A stretch of DNA of 64,000 nucleotides from Lingula anatina. Taxonomy: Eukaryota > Animalia > Brachiopoda. Shown piece after piece: positions 51,501 to 64,000 of this stretch (its first letter is position 1; each line of letters starts with the position of its first letter). Under the pieces are notes generated by a model. That model made no database searches. It was not told the DNA's origin and saw only the letters and a program-made list of their open reading frames with translations. Where the stretch lies: the NCBI GenBank assembly GCA_051362555.1, contig CM120643.1, positions 19,286,848 to 19,350,847 of the forward strand, read 5' to 3'. The position numbers were made by a program, and so were the translations under genes.

Positions 51501-54500
51501 AGCCAGCTCAGGAATCGGCTGGGGAGGCAAAAAAACAGGTTAGTGTTTAAGAGGAAGAGTTTCTTTCTCCTATTAGTATATGCCCTCCTTTTGTCTTTCT
51601 AGGTAAAAAAGGGTCCAGTGGCAAATTATTCAAATATTGGGGGGGGGGGGATCTTTCTTTTTAAGCATTCCCTTATCACATCCCTGATCTTTTTTCAATT
51701 CTATTTATTTATTTGTAAATAACCTGTGTTTATACCATCAAGATTCATAATTTAAGAAAAAAAAATGTACTTCAAATTAATTACAATTTTTTTCCTATAA
51801 TTTCATAGGTAGATGAAAAAGCTGCAGAGGAAGCCAAGCCCTCTCAAGAACAATCAAAGGTAGGTGCTTACTTTAATTGTATAGAAAATAAAAGGGTAAT
51901 TACCACCACCTAAGAGGCCATAGTGTGCCTCTGTGGGTAAACAGCCTCACTCAGAAAATTTTGAATGGGTTTTGAAGAAATTGTTTGGATCAGCCAGAAA
52001 AACAGTAATGTAAGACCAATTATATTTACGTGGTTATCCATAAATGATAAATTAATAAAGATAAAAAGAATGGAGCTGTCCTGACAGAACTCTCTGAGTA
52101 CTTTGAGATTTATTTTCATTTGTAGAAGGTTAATAAAGATTATTATCATATATATTTGTTCATGGTTGTCAAGATTTGGAGGTACTAGTGTGATATTAAA
52201 TACATTAATTTATTAATAATGTCTCAAATTTATATTGATCTTGTTAATAGTATGTTATGTGTGGTTCTAGGAGAAAGAAATATCACCAGCCCAGGAGAAA
52301 GCATCAGGAGACCACCCACTGCCACAGGAAGAGAAGAAAGGTAAAACATACAGCAGTGACTTTGTTCTGAAGTCCACATGTTCAATGAATGAATGAAAAA
52401 TAATGAAAACGATAAAATGGCTAAAATGATCAATTCAGTCATATAATGCATTTTTCACTTCTGTCATTGCTCGTCTTGGTTTAGTTTAATTTTGTACTTT
52501 TAGGTTTAATTAGTTTGGTTTGCATTTGCATATGCTTTCAGATATTTTATAGTTCTGTCATCACAAACATTTGATTGCCCTTGTTTTTTTTTTCTGAAAA
52601 GAATTTTAAAATAAAATGATTTTTGTCTGATTCCGCAACTAAAATTCTGCTGCAGTAGCAACAGAGACTATCCAGCATTTTTATATACACTGCATGTTTA
52701 TTCCAATCACAGTGTCTGTAAATTTACCAGCTATATTAACTTAACATATTTTTGTCATTGCAGAAGACAAAGAAGGCGAGCCTCCCACTAAGAAACCTCG
52801 GTCCAGATCTCCGTCTCCACAGAGGACGCCAGAGGTTGCAGCTCCCAGGTAAACAACACTATCATACACTGTGCTTCCTGGAACCAAAATACTAGGTCAC
52901 GGCACTTCTGTGTGACCTGAACTTTGACCCAGCAAAATTAGGTCACCACTAGGTGGCCTGAAGTTGAACTTTGACCCACCTACACGGTGTCAATTTCACT
53001 GAAGATCTTTCTAACAGGTGCTGGATTTTTATGGTGGATTCTGTACAGTGACATGTTTTGTTGTTTTTGCTCTTAGATCTCTACTAGTTTGTTTTTAGTG
53101 TTAAAGGTTGCATTTTATTCTTAATGAATAACGACAGCTGGGACTGCTGTTCAAGCAAGTTCTGCTACTGCCAGGTGTTGTAAAATACAACGAAAGAAAA
53201 AAAAATTAAAATATTGACTATTTTTATAAGTTAAGATAATTAGTGATATGAATTCCTGTTGGAAATTTTTAAATATTAAATCTTAAATGATGTTTTGTTG
53301 GATGTATTCATTCATTCATTCTTATAATAATTTAATAGTTTATCCCTCAAAGATAATTGAACTGAAAGAAAGCAAAAAAAAAGCGTGAATAAAGCTGTTT
53401 TTACACATTACTGCTGGGCTCTGTTGTCATTGGCTAGTCATTGACGGTCCTTCAGCATTGTGCTGCAGCTGGTTTGCACTGAGTGGCAGAAACTTGGGTG
53501 AGCAGCAGTCAAGCTCGTTCTATAGACATGCATGTCATTTGGTTGCTGATTGGCTAAACTGATTATATCATTTAACTAGGTGATACCAAGTGTCTTTCCT
53601 GGCTGTGATTTGCATATTTTGAACTTTCTGAATGACATGCTTGAGCTATATCTTGTATGTGGTGGTAGAGGCTATTTTCTTTTCTTTTCCCCTTTCCCTG
53701 CTGTGTTTTTCTCTCCTCATCACTAAATATTGGGAAGTGATTTTTTTGCCATAATGAATTGATAACTTTCAGTGTTTGGAGAAAGCACAGCACACTACTG
53801 AAGGACCTGCAACACCAGTGTTTCATTTCAGTTTTGTCAGTGTAATCTATACATGTCAAACACCCCAAGTCTGTCAACTGACAGATAACAAATATATCTG
53901 TTTACACATTAAACACAGTAGTAGAGTAAGCATTTTTTGTGATAAAATACAGCAAGTTATTTTTTATTAAATAAATTCTTGGTAATTTACAAATGCCTTG
54001 TTTGAAACATATAGCCTGTATCACTGAAATATATAAAATTATCATAATGCATGATGGATTTTAATGAAAAAAAAAAGTTAATATTCTAAAACTGAGGCAG
54101 AAAATGTGTTTGTGTGCAGTGATTTGAACATGTCAGAAATGTGAAGTTGCCTTCAGAACTGATGAAGTATTTTTAGATGACAGCCCAGCAAGTTTAACCC
54201 CTCGTTTAAAGCAACTAGAAATACAGGATTTGACGACTGTGTTATTCTCATTGTGTGTCATCAGAAAGAAGTTGTTTTGGCACATTGCCAGTTTTGCACA
54301 GATGTAAATGGAAACTTCCTGAACTCGTAAATGGGACATCTGAATTTGTCATTACCTGAGAGATTGACCTTGAAAAACGTGACTGCGTCAGGATCGTTTT
54401 CTGGATCAAAATCAGATGTCATGCCATGCCAAGCCTACCAACATATTGTGCCAATACACAGCATCATAAAAATAAAGATTTGGCTGAACATGCATACATT

Positions 54501-56894
54501 TCTGTATTTTTCAATTTCATAAGAAAATTGTAATTAATTGCAGTAGTTGAGACAAGCTTAACATTGTGTTGGTTGAGATACGTAGACACAATTGTGCCAG
54601 TTGGATGATGAGGTCAGTACTGTATTAATAAGACACAGATTACACTTATTGAGATTGAAAAGCAAAATTGTCAATGATTTAAAACAGATGATTTTTGCAT
54701 GATGGTGGCCGGTATGAGGTAGGTGAAGAGATCATATATACAATTAAAGATAAAGTTTAAAAGAAGAACAAAATTAACATTGTGTTGGTTCATAATCAAC
54801 AGTTTAAATAAGAGATTTTAATGGGTAAATAAACTGGTGAGTATGTCCTTAAATAACCATAATTATCACTGCAATTGTTTCCACTGAGCAAAACAATATA
54901 TCAGTTGGGTGTTAAAATTTTTGCTCACATTCACACAGGAAATTTTATACACAGCTGTACACAAAAATGAATATGTTTACAAAATAATTGGATATTAAAA
55001 ATGAAAAAAAAAAAAAAAAAAACAGTCACGTAGCAATGTTCTGTGTTTGGTAGGAAGCATTTTCTTTTGGATCAATAAAACAGATCATATCTCTCTAACG
55101 TTTCATTATCCAAATGCTTTTGACCTGAACACGATCTTTCTTAACCACATTTTCTTGGAAACACTCAGCAATGAGATCCTGCAAATAGATACAATCATTT
55201 TCTCGTATTTCCTGTCATGCAATCATTGCACATAGAAAATGATCACTTATCTCTCATCCAAATGAGAAAATCTTGTATCTTATGTTACCTTATATTACAT
55301 GTCCCTTCTGTAATAGAAATATGAATGTTGTTGAAGTGGTAACATGCCATGGAATTAATTGTTTTACTTTTACTGCATGAAAATGTGATTCTTTGTCAGT
55401 AGGAACTGGGACTAAACTGGAGATATTGTCCTTGTTTTATTTTTATTATTAAAAAAATTACATTTTTTAAATAAAATTGTCGAGGTAAACACACACACAT
55501 ACCCTGCTCCCTCTTTTTTTGTACTCCTTTTTCTCTTGTGTAGATATTTTGAGTAAATTTGGATAAAAAGTTCCTCTTCCTCTCTCCCCCTGCCCCACCA
55601 CAACCAAACAGATCACTAATGTGATAAGTCATGTGTAATCTCCCCAGTGTGGTGGCCCCATCAGCTGATATAGTTAACTGATAACCTTGCTACAGAGGTG
55701 CTCTCAGTGGGGTAACCATTTGGCAATACTTGGGTTTTTAAATTTTATTGCATAGATAGGGAGAACTGTCTCATCCAACAATTTTTGGTTCATGTTTAAA
55801 GTAACATTATTTGATTAAAATCATAGAAGTTTTAATATTTCTTTGCCTGAGATTACCATGAAAAGTTATATTAGATAAGCACTGCCTAGAGCCCCCTCCA
55901 TTACCTTAGCTCGTAATTATGTATAGCCAAGTTGAAAGAGATGCTTATATCCTAGCAAAGAATAGACAAGTGAGGAAATCAATAAAATCGTTTTTTAAAC
56001 TCTTATACTTGAATTTGATATTTTATTGCCACATATCTTTGATATGCTAAGGTTCGTACAGTGAAATAGTTGACATTGTGTGTTATGGCAATGAGAGAGC
56101 CTTATTAAATGTGGACTTTGTTTGAGACCAAAGTCATCTGAGAACAATGGTTTTGTAATTACTGTAAGAGAAGCCTCCTCCTATTACTTCATTAACAGCC
56201 ATGTGGTGGATGTTAGCAGGCAGAGTTCATGGGCATAAGTGGTATTCTCATTAACAACTGACTAACTGTAATAGCGTGTTCATAGCAGGTCCAACTTGGA
56301 CTACATTAACAACTTGACTTAACACATGTTTACAGCAGGTGCAACTTAGACCACATTAACAACTGACTAACTATAACAACTTGGTCTCCATTGAGTATTT
56401 TTCTTAAAATTTGTCTACAATAACATTATTTTTAAACTGACACATGTTAAGGTGTGATTTTGAATGAGTTAAAGTTGATGTCGTTCTTTTCATAAGAGAA
56501 ACAAGCTAGTAAAATATCTGGACTTTTTTCAGAAAAACCAAAAATATGAATAAACAGATAAAAAAATGAAAAATAAAACCCGTAGCTGAGTATAGTAGGT
56601 AAACTTTCATTAGCAAAAATATCCACTACAACAAAGAGAAGCCTTTCCCACACAAAATATGCCTCGATATCTGACATTTGTGTGGTTTTGCCCTTGCAAA
56701 CATTGAAAGACAGAATAAACAACACATGGGTTTGTCTAAAATAAGTATTGAACAAGGTAAAAATTGTCAGTTAGTGTACATAAATCCAGTGAATTATAGC
56801 CGACATTCAGTCTCATTCAGAAATGTATAGATTCTGGATAATAGTGTCCGATGTGAAATCCCAAGGATTTGTTTTGTCTTCAGCATATCTCTCT

Positions 56895-56937
<43 letters not shown>

Positions 56938-59900
56938 TTGAATATAAACTGGCTCTAATTTCTATGTCATTTCTCAGGTTGGGTTAACTTTGGGGTGGGG
57001 GGGTCCAGTATTTAAAAAAAAGTTAAATTTGGTAGCCTCAAGCCAGCCTGTGATATAACCTTCTGTGAAAAATTGTTTAAAATTATTCTCACTCCACCCT
57101 CCCCTTCTTGAGAGCCCCTACGTATTTTGTGCACTGGAGACCTCAAGTCATCACCTAGGCACATGTCCACAGTGGCATTGACCTTAAACTAGGTCAGGTG
57201 TCCCACACAGTGCTGATGGAGAGTTTGTACATTGATGAAATGATAGCTCTTCCTGTGAGGCCTCACTTCATGTGTTCAGTATATGTGGACAACTGTACTT
57301 TGAGTACATGTTCACCCTGCTTGTTTAACCTCACTTTGCAAAAAAAGCAATTTGTTGTCACCTCCCTTAGGAGGCCTCACATGTCATGAATTTATTCTCA
57401 GGCAGTAAATGTTACAGTTTTCCATTTTATGACTGTTGTAATCTTATCTGACAGAAATTATATACTGGGTACAATGCTCATGTGGTATCCTTGCTGTTGA
57501 AGGTTCATGTTTCATTCAGTGATGCCCCTTCCTTTGGTGCCTCATTATGACTATGTGTTATTCCCTCTTTTGAGGCCTCAGCTTCCACGTGGAGCACATG
57601 ATTTTTTTTAATAAGCTGCACTGATAATAGAGTGAACACCTGTTGACCTGCATGCAAACCCACAGATAACAGAATATCTATATTATCTTTTTTTCTATCT
57701 CTCTTTCTGATGCTCCAGATTTTATTGTTACCAGTAATTTCTGGTTGAATGCACGTAATCCCCTTGCCTGAGGCCTCAAATAGAATGCAGAGCACATGTC
57801 ACCCCCACTTGTGAAGCCTCCCCTTCCTCTCTTTCCATGTGGGTTTGTTCAGTGTGGTGGTGGTAGTGAATCTAAGATGGAGGCCAAGACTTTACAAAAG
57901 AGAAAACCTCAGCACACAGACATTCACACCAACGGAGAAAGTAAGGCCAGAGTAGCTAGACAGCTGTAAGTAAAGCAGTCAGCCTTGAGTTTGACCTGCT
58001 AGAGCACGTGGTCTCCCCTGTGTAGACTATACCTCATATGTCCTCATTGTCTGTAGTACTGAAGCAACAGTCAAGGAAAATATATTACACTACATCAATT
58101 ATGAATGGTTGAGTGAATTATTTCAAGTCCCGAGAAGGAAGTAGCTTGGCCATATTGATATAATTACCCTCTGAATTTAGTACTTATGTACCTGTTATAT
58201 TCCCCACTGTGTATGTATGTACATGTTTATGTGTAATTTCTTGGGTATACTTATGTCCCTGTTATATTTCCCACTGTGTATGTGTATGGATGTTCATGTG
58301 TATTATCTTGGGTATTTTAGGGCATGCATATCAGTGATTGTTGCATGTAGTGGATTTTATCATGCCATTTATTATGCTGTTATATATAATGGGGTCTAGA
58401 ATTAGTGATGGAATGGATATATATCGACTTGTATGCAGGAAAAAAGAGGATATGCTATGGTGGTGATATAATATATATTTTAATTATTTTAAAAAAGTTT
58501 GACTGTGTGGTAGTATTATGTGTCTGTCCACTTCCAAGTTTGTGTTGGTGTTGTTCCTGTGTGTCTGGCTCAAGGCATGCCGTGTTTGCTACATCATGTC
58601 TTTGACAACATTGTTTATGTAGAAATAAATTCTTACCAATAAAATGTAACAGAGGAGGCAATAAGGACTAGTTTTTTATCTTACATAATTCAATATCCGA
58701 GCAAATTTGGTCTGATTGTGTCTGAAGGCTGTCATTGTCACATGACCAGTGCTCCTGTATATATATTGATTAGTTTTCTAATTGAGTGCTGCTATTGTGG
58801 AAAATTATCAGAAATCTTTTAATATTTCCTACTGATATGATTTAGCTAGGGAATGTGACAAATGACATTCCAAAATATTCTTAATATAAAAGCTTTTTTA
58901 CAATAATAGATAAAATGTACCTGATTAAAAAGGTGGCATGTTGCACTCAAAGCATGATGTCATGTAACTTGGGTTCTGTGACTCGAAAGCGTCACGTATT
59001 GCGAATAGCGATATCACATAGAGGTTACAGTGTATTATATATATTATGGGGCGAGTATGGGCAAGTTATGGAATTGAGACGCTTGCGCTCGGTCCCAATG
59101 CACGATGCTTTCGAGTTACGGGGCCCTGGCCAATTCAGATGTTGTATGGGTTTATATTTTGATTTAACAAAAATGCTAACTCAAGGATGTCACTGGGAAA
59201 TACACCAATTATCATGGAGGTCAAATACTGTAGAATAACCAAAATGAAACATATTCAGGTTGTTAGATAAGCTGATGAATATCAATATGAACACAATCCT
59301 CTTAGATCTGTTCCTACGCATGGTTTTAAAAGTCTACATTGATAGTAACCAACCTGAAGTGAACCTGATCTTCTTGGTTTCTGTTCTTATTTCTCACAAC
59401 CTAAGCTTCCTGCTCAGAAAGAGGATTTAACCATCACATTTCACTGGACCAATTTTGTTTGACTTTGCTTGGTTTGAAACGCATATAAAATCTCTCATAA
59501 TTTTTTAAGAAAATAAAGGTGATGAGATTAGTTGGAGGAGGTAAGGTTTTGATCATATTTAAAATGGGTCTTTTCTCATAGTTAGGCTTCATTCAGAATG
59601 GATTATCTGAGTACTTACTGGTCTGTCTGTTTTGATCAGAATTATTCCCAGTCTAAGTTAGACCTTGTATGAACAGAGCTATTCCCAGTCTAAGTTGGAC
59701 CCCTTGTAAACACGACAGTACATATTATATAGTTACATGTTGACTGAGTGTATACTAAATCAATATAGACAACTGATAACTGTGCAAAGCAGCATACATA
59801 AAAATATATTAATATCTATAAATACATGTGTTCATATATAAGGCAGCCTTGTTATAGCACCCACTTTGCATTGGCTAGATATATGTTATGCTTCAAGGCA

Positions 59901-62889
59901 GTGCAGGGATAAGAAGCAGAGTTAAACCATAACTGGTTTAGGCCTAAATGACATCATCAGACAGAGTATCTTGCTAGTGTTTTGGCAGCTTCAGCCCATC
60001 CTCTAGACCATCCTCACCATGTACCAATCTAGGATTAATTTCATAAAGAGGTGTTTATTAATTAAGGGAGTGTCGAAGGGAGATGTAACTGGGGGTTTTG
60101 ACTCACAAATTTCTGGTGAAAGAAATAGACTTACTACTGATGACACTTAGGTCTAGACCAGTTTGGGTTTAGCTTCAGGATTGTTTTCTTTCAGTGCTGA
60201 GTCAGACCCTGGATTTGGACCGATTCAGTAGCAGTCTTGAGAAGTGTGTGAACAACATGCCTCCAGCAAACATTTTCTTTTGCATTTTACTTATACAGTG
60301 GATTTCCATCATGTTGCAATAGTCAGATAATTAATAAGTTTACGATAATAGTACCATGGTTTCTAGTTGTCTAGGGCAACCATCTATTTATCCGTTTCTT
60401 GCTTGGCTGTCTGCCTTTTTAGCTTTAGGTTATAGGGGTATCTAGGAAAACAAGATTACCTTCAGCTGGAATGAAACTGGGGGTACATATTAATAGATAT
60501 AGAATATCAGCTCAAGTGGAGTGGTTGATAGTGTTATAAAACAATCACCAGCCTGCTGCTTCTGTTTTATGTAGCATATATAGAGACACCTCTTCTGTAT
60601 TGAGTGTAATCTATAAATATGCAAGTATTAGCTGTATCTCTGAAGGATGTAATATAAGGTAAAGGCACACAGGTGTGATGTGGAGAAGAAGGGGGTGTAT
60701 AGAGAGTGGAAGGGGACATACTTTGTCAGGTTTGTTAAATAAAGCATGGGTGAGACCGAGAGAATTGTATATTACGGGGATTGCAGGAAAGCAAAGTTTA
60801 TTTATTTCTGAAAATAGATGTGTCAGTACTAGTAATTGCTTTCTATTCCAGAATTTTTTTTATATTTTCCTTAGAAAAGCACATACGTCTCCCATATAAT
60901 GTTCTGTTACGCAAAATTATTTGCTAATCATATAAGGGGTCATCCATTTTTATCATCATTTTCACAAGTCTACAAACAGTATGCTGAGGGATGGGAGGGG
61001 GTTAATGCCCTCTGGACACATTTGGAAAAATAATAAAAATGATGATCTTCACCCACAGGGTAGTGCGGATAAAATTTATCATTTTTACCTTTCATATTGG
61101 GGGGGGTCTTCAAAAAGTCTACTCTTTGTAGACTTATGAAAATGATGTTAAAAATAGATAACCCGAAAGTCAACCCCGCTACAACATATTTTACCTGTTG
61201 TTTTTTTCACTTTCATAGTGGAGGAAAAAGGAAGACCAGGTCACAAGTCAAGGCTCCAGTAAGGTCACGGTCTAGTTCTTCATCTGGGTCAAGGTCGTCA
61301 TCTGGGTCAAGGTCATCAAGATCTAGGTCAAGCTCCTCCAGTTCCTCATCTAGCTCTCCAGAACCCAAGAGGAGGGGTAAAGTACAGAGTAGGACAACAC
61401 AATTAAAGAAAAAGGTGTGTTGTCTTCTAAATGCTATTTAATATGATATTATGTTATTGAGAATGAGTATGAATGAGTTCCTATGCTTTGAGTACGGTTG
61501 ATTATATCAGTGGATTAGTACAATAGGAATGATGAAATATATATACAGTAAGTGAGTAAATGAGTAAATGCTTATTAGCTTATAACTTGGATCTTATAAT
61601 GGTAAAGTGTGTAGCACATACAGGAATTTATCTCATTGCAAGCTTATGTTCAGCAGCCTGGTTGGAGGACTTTGTCATGACTGATATGATTAGATGTTGA
61701 AGGGGGGGGGTTTGATCTACCGACCAAACATTAATAATAGGATTATGGCCACTATACCACCTAGCAGTCTGTGAATAACAACATCTACTCAAATTAATCT
61801 GATGAAGGCCTCCAACCTGGTTGGCTGAAGGTGACTGTGAGAAAATTCTAGCTTGTGCTAAATAAACTTACTATTACAAGTGAGTACAAGAGATATTATA
61901 TGGCAGGGATTTGCTGTTGCTGCTAGTACAAGAGATATTATATGGTAGGGATTTGCTGTTGCTGCTAGTTCTTGCTTTGAAATGTGAACAGAAGGGTAAA
62001 GGAAGATATTTCCGGCCTTTTACCTTCAAGCTTCTCAGTACATTTGGTCGATAAAAAAAAAGGAGTTTCTCAAAGTGTCATAAGATCCAACCCTTCAGCA
62101 TGGCAAATTGAGCCAGCCGCTCACTTGATGTCACTTTAACCTTCAACAGAAATACTGTTATTTCCTTTTTAAACCCCCGAGGAAACTGCCCAGACTGAGG
62201 TTCTTAATAAGAACTTTTAATATGTGACTGCTATATGTTTTCCTCCCTCCAGGAAGCTGTCCAGACCAAGAGTCTTGACGAGAGCTACCACACAGCCCCT
62301 GAGGATGTGCAAGACACAAAGGATAAGGAAGAGTGAGTTCTATATTGAAATAACATGCCATTGATCTCTCTTAAACTACTAGTAGTCTTAAATACATGCC
62401 ATAGAAAATAAATGTATTATTTTTGCAGTAGTCTTTGGTATCTCTAAACCTTATCTGAATACACAGTGTAGAAAATAAATTCACAATTTCTCCAGTTGTC
62501 TTTTGTGTTGAATATATATTGATCTTTCCTAACTTGGAAACACTTAAGAATGTTCATCAGATCCTCACCTTATTTCATTTTATTTTTCTTTCAAATATAA
62601 TTCTACTGAGACCATATTCAATTTGTCACTTATGAGTATTATCCTATAAAAATATCTGAGTCTACTATTTCAGTCACGGCTTCATTAGTTAGTCAGTATT
62701 GATAATCTGTGTTATATTATCAGACCTCCGCCAGCAGCAGTTGCCAAGGAAGTAGAAACTGTTACCAAGGAAACAGAAGCCAAGCATGGCAACCAGGAAA
62801 TCAAGATAACACCAAGTGAAGGTGACAAACCAGTGAAAACTGACACTAATACTGAGGAAGTTGCCATGGAAACTGAAACTAGTGAAAAG
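48540..62889 (+). CDS. ACIN1: Apoptotic chromatin condensation inducer in the nucleus (Acinus), 5' part; continues beyond the window
   Basis: Exons 48540-48677 (SAP: LTVGGKLLKELRVVDLKKELEKRGLSKAGSKNQLGERLKA), 50497-50559 (QLLLEN), 50824-50920 (NDLIKQYLEQQQ, cf. Acinus NSFIKQYLEKQQ), 51342-51538, 51809-51859, 52271-52340, 52764-52848 (RSRSPSP), 61219-61414 (RS/S-rich), 62253-62332, 62724-62889. Phases are consistent. RRM and RSB regions are not in the window. Confidence 0.85.
49934..50215 (+). CDS. Candidate alternative first exon of ACIN1 (94 aa, G/P/Q/V-rich)
   Basis: ATG-initiated, GC-rich, stop-free island in an AT-rich intron. It ends at AGG|GTAAAG in phase 0, compatible with exon 50497. 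Confidence 0.55.
56248..56380. repeat. ~50-bp degenerate tandem repeat
   Basis: cattaacaactgactaac...agcaggt(c/g)caactt(g/a)gac is repeated ~2.5 times. Confidence 0.75.
58971..59126. mobile_element. ~155-bp CpG-rich MITE (Harbinger-like ends)
   Basis: 23-bp imperfect TIRs gggttctgtgactcgaaagcgtc / gatgctttcgagttacggggccc (5 mismatches). It forms a CpG-rich patch in a CpG-poor intron. Confidence 0.6.
61883..61969. repeat. 42-bp tandem duplication
   Basis: agtacaagagatattatatgg(c/t)agggatttgctgttgctgct occurs twice. Confidence 0.9.
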
Positions 62890-64000
62890 GTAGTGTTACA
62901 GAGAGATGGTTGTTCACCAATCAATGTGCATGTCTGGGATTTTTTCGTAAAGGTTTTATCAGCTCTGCATTTATATTATTATGTATATAATTTCCAGTCA
63001 TTAAGTGTTAAAAAGTCACCCAGGCAGCAGTGAATATTTGTAAAAATTACTCTGGTAGTTATTTTAAGGAAAAAAAGAAATTACATCTTAAAATATTGTG
63101 ATAGAGATAAGAGTTGATCCTTCCTCCCTGCCTTGAAGATCCCTGGAGACATCACAGAAGAATAGGTGGAGCCACCCTCTGGCTAACTCTAGCCAATCCC
63201 ATGCCCCAAAAAGTGCCCCGCCCAGTGAAAACAACAGCAAAACCTGAGAGAAGAATGCAGCTCTGATATCATAGAAAACTGAACAGACTTTCTTAATATC
63301 TTTAAGATGTCAAGACTTCATCAATAAGACTGTTTGATATGACCTAAGAAGACATGGAATGGACTTTGTTTGCTCTATTTTGACTATTCCACCAAATGCA
63401 AGAACATTGGATTCCTTTCTTGAGAACTATTCGTCATCTATGCTGCAACGAGAAAAAAAATGGGAACGGTATCGTACGAGAAAAATGAAACAGACATTGG
63501 AAAACTTTCTGGTTATGGATGTATTCATCAAGTTCTTTGCGCTAATTACCTGAAGTTCTACCACAAACAGAAATGCTGCAAGTTTTATATTGAAGATGAA
63601 AAAACTGCTGAGAGTCTCAAATAAGAGGAAAGAGTCCACATTAGGGATGCCAGCTTTGATAGCTACAGACTCTTATTCATGTCTTGAATGCCAGCAGCCA
63701 GTAATATGCTACTTATTGAACTGATAGGACAGTGCTAACAGACAGTCCTGTTTAAGTGTGAACTCTGTTGATTTGACATAATATTGCTGGACATGAATCA
63801 CTATGTCTAAGCAGACACTTAAGATGCACATATCATTGAGATTATGTCATCTTTGAAAGTCTTATTTATAAGTGAGTGAAGAAACGACAGTTAAACCTAA
63901 TATTAAAGTCTTGCTTATAAATAAGTGAAGAAAAGAAAAGAAAAGACTAAATACATGTGTCTGGTTTTACTTTGAGTTTTGGTAAACCATGACAAAGCTT

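Noticed and set aside
60130-60205. TGATGA...CTGA as an intronic C/D snoRNA
   Set aside because: Non-canonical C-box context, weak terminal stem and no recognisable rRNA/snRNA guide; it would need snoscan or small-RNA data.

Overview
This is AT-rich, intron-containing animal (invertebrate, plausibly molluscan/lophotrochozoan) genomic DNA, not prokaryotic; most of the ORF track is noise or single exons. It holds four spliced genes: PHLPP-like (+, 3595-19551; RA-PH-LRR-degenerate PP2C-long tail), GTP-dependent PEPCK (+, two candidate alternative first exons at 24354 and 30710, common body 32405-36671), VPS9D1 (-, 48195-39620) and the 5' part of Acinus/ACIN1 (+, 48540 to beyond the window), head-to-head with VPS9D1. 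Mobile DNA comprises a decayed Tc1 element, a non-autonomous P-like element with a 7-bp TSD and an internal 211-bp satellite, a Kolobok-type MITE, other MITEs, and a rearranged Neptune/Penelope-like retroelement in a (TA)n tract that has perfect terminal inverted repeats and a minimal hammerhead-ribozyme motif. The most interesting points are: (1) one PEPCK gene apparently making a mitochondrial and a non-mitochondrial form from two promoters, the second with a vertebrate-PCK1-like motif set; (2) the doubly inverted Penelope copy with its hammerhead; (3) a candidate SAP-less alternative N-terminus of Acinus and unexplained structure in its 8.4-kb intron; (4) a pseudophosphatase-type PHLPP with an SH2-motif-rich tail. 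Exon boundaries were read by eye from GT/AG sites and frame continuity. Family names come from recalled sequence similarity, not from database searches.
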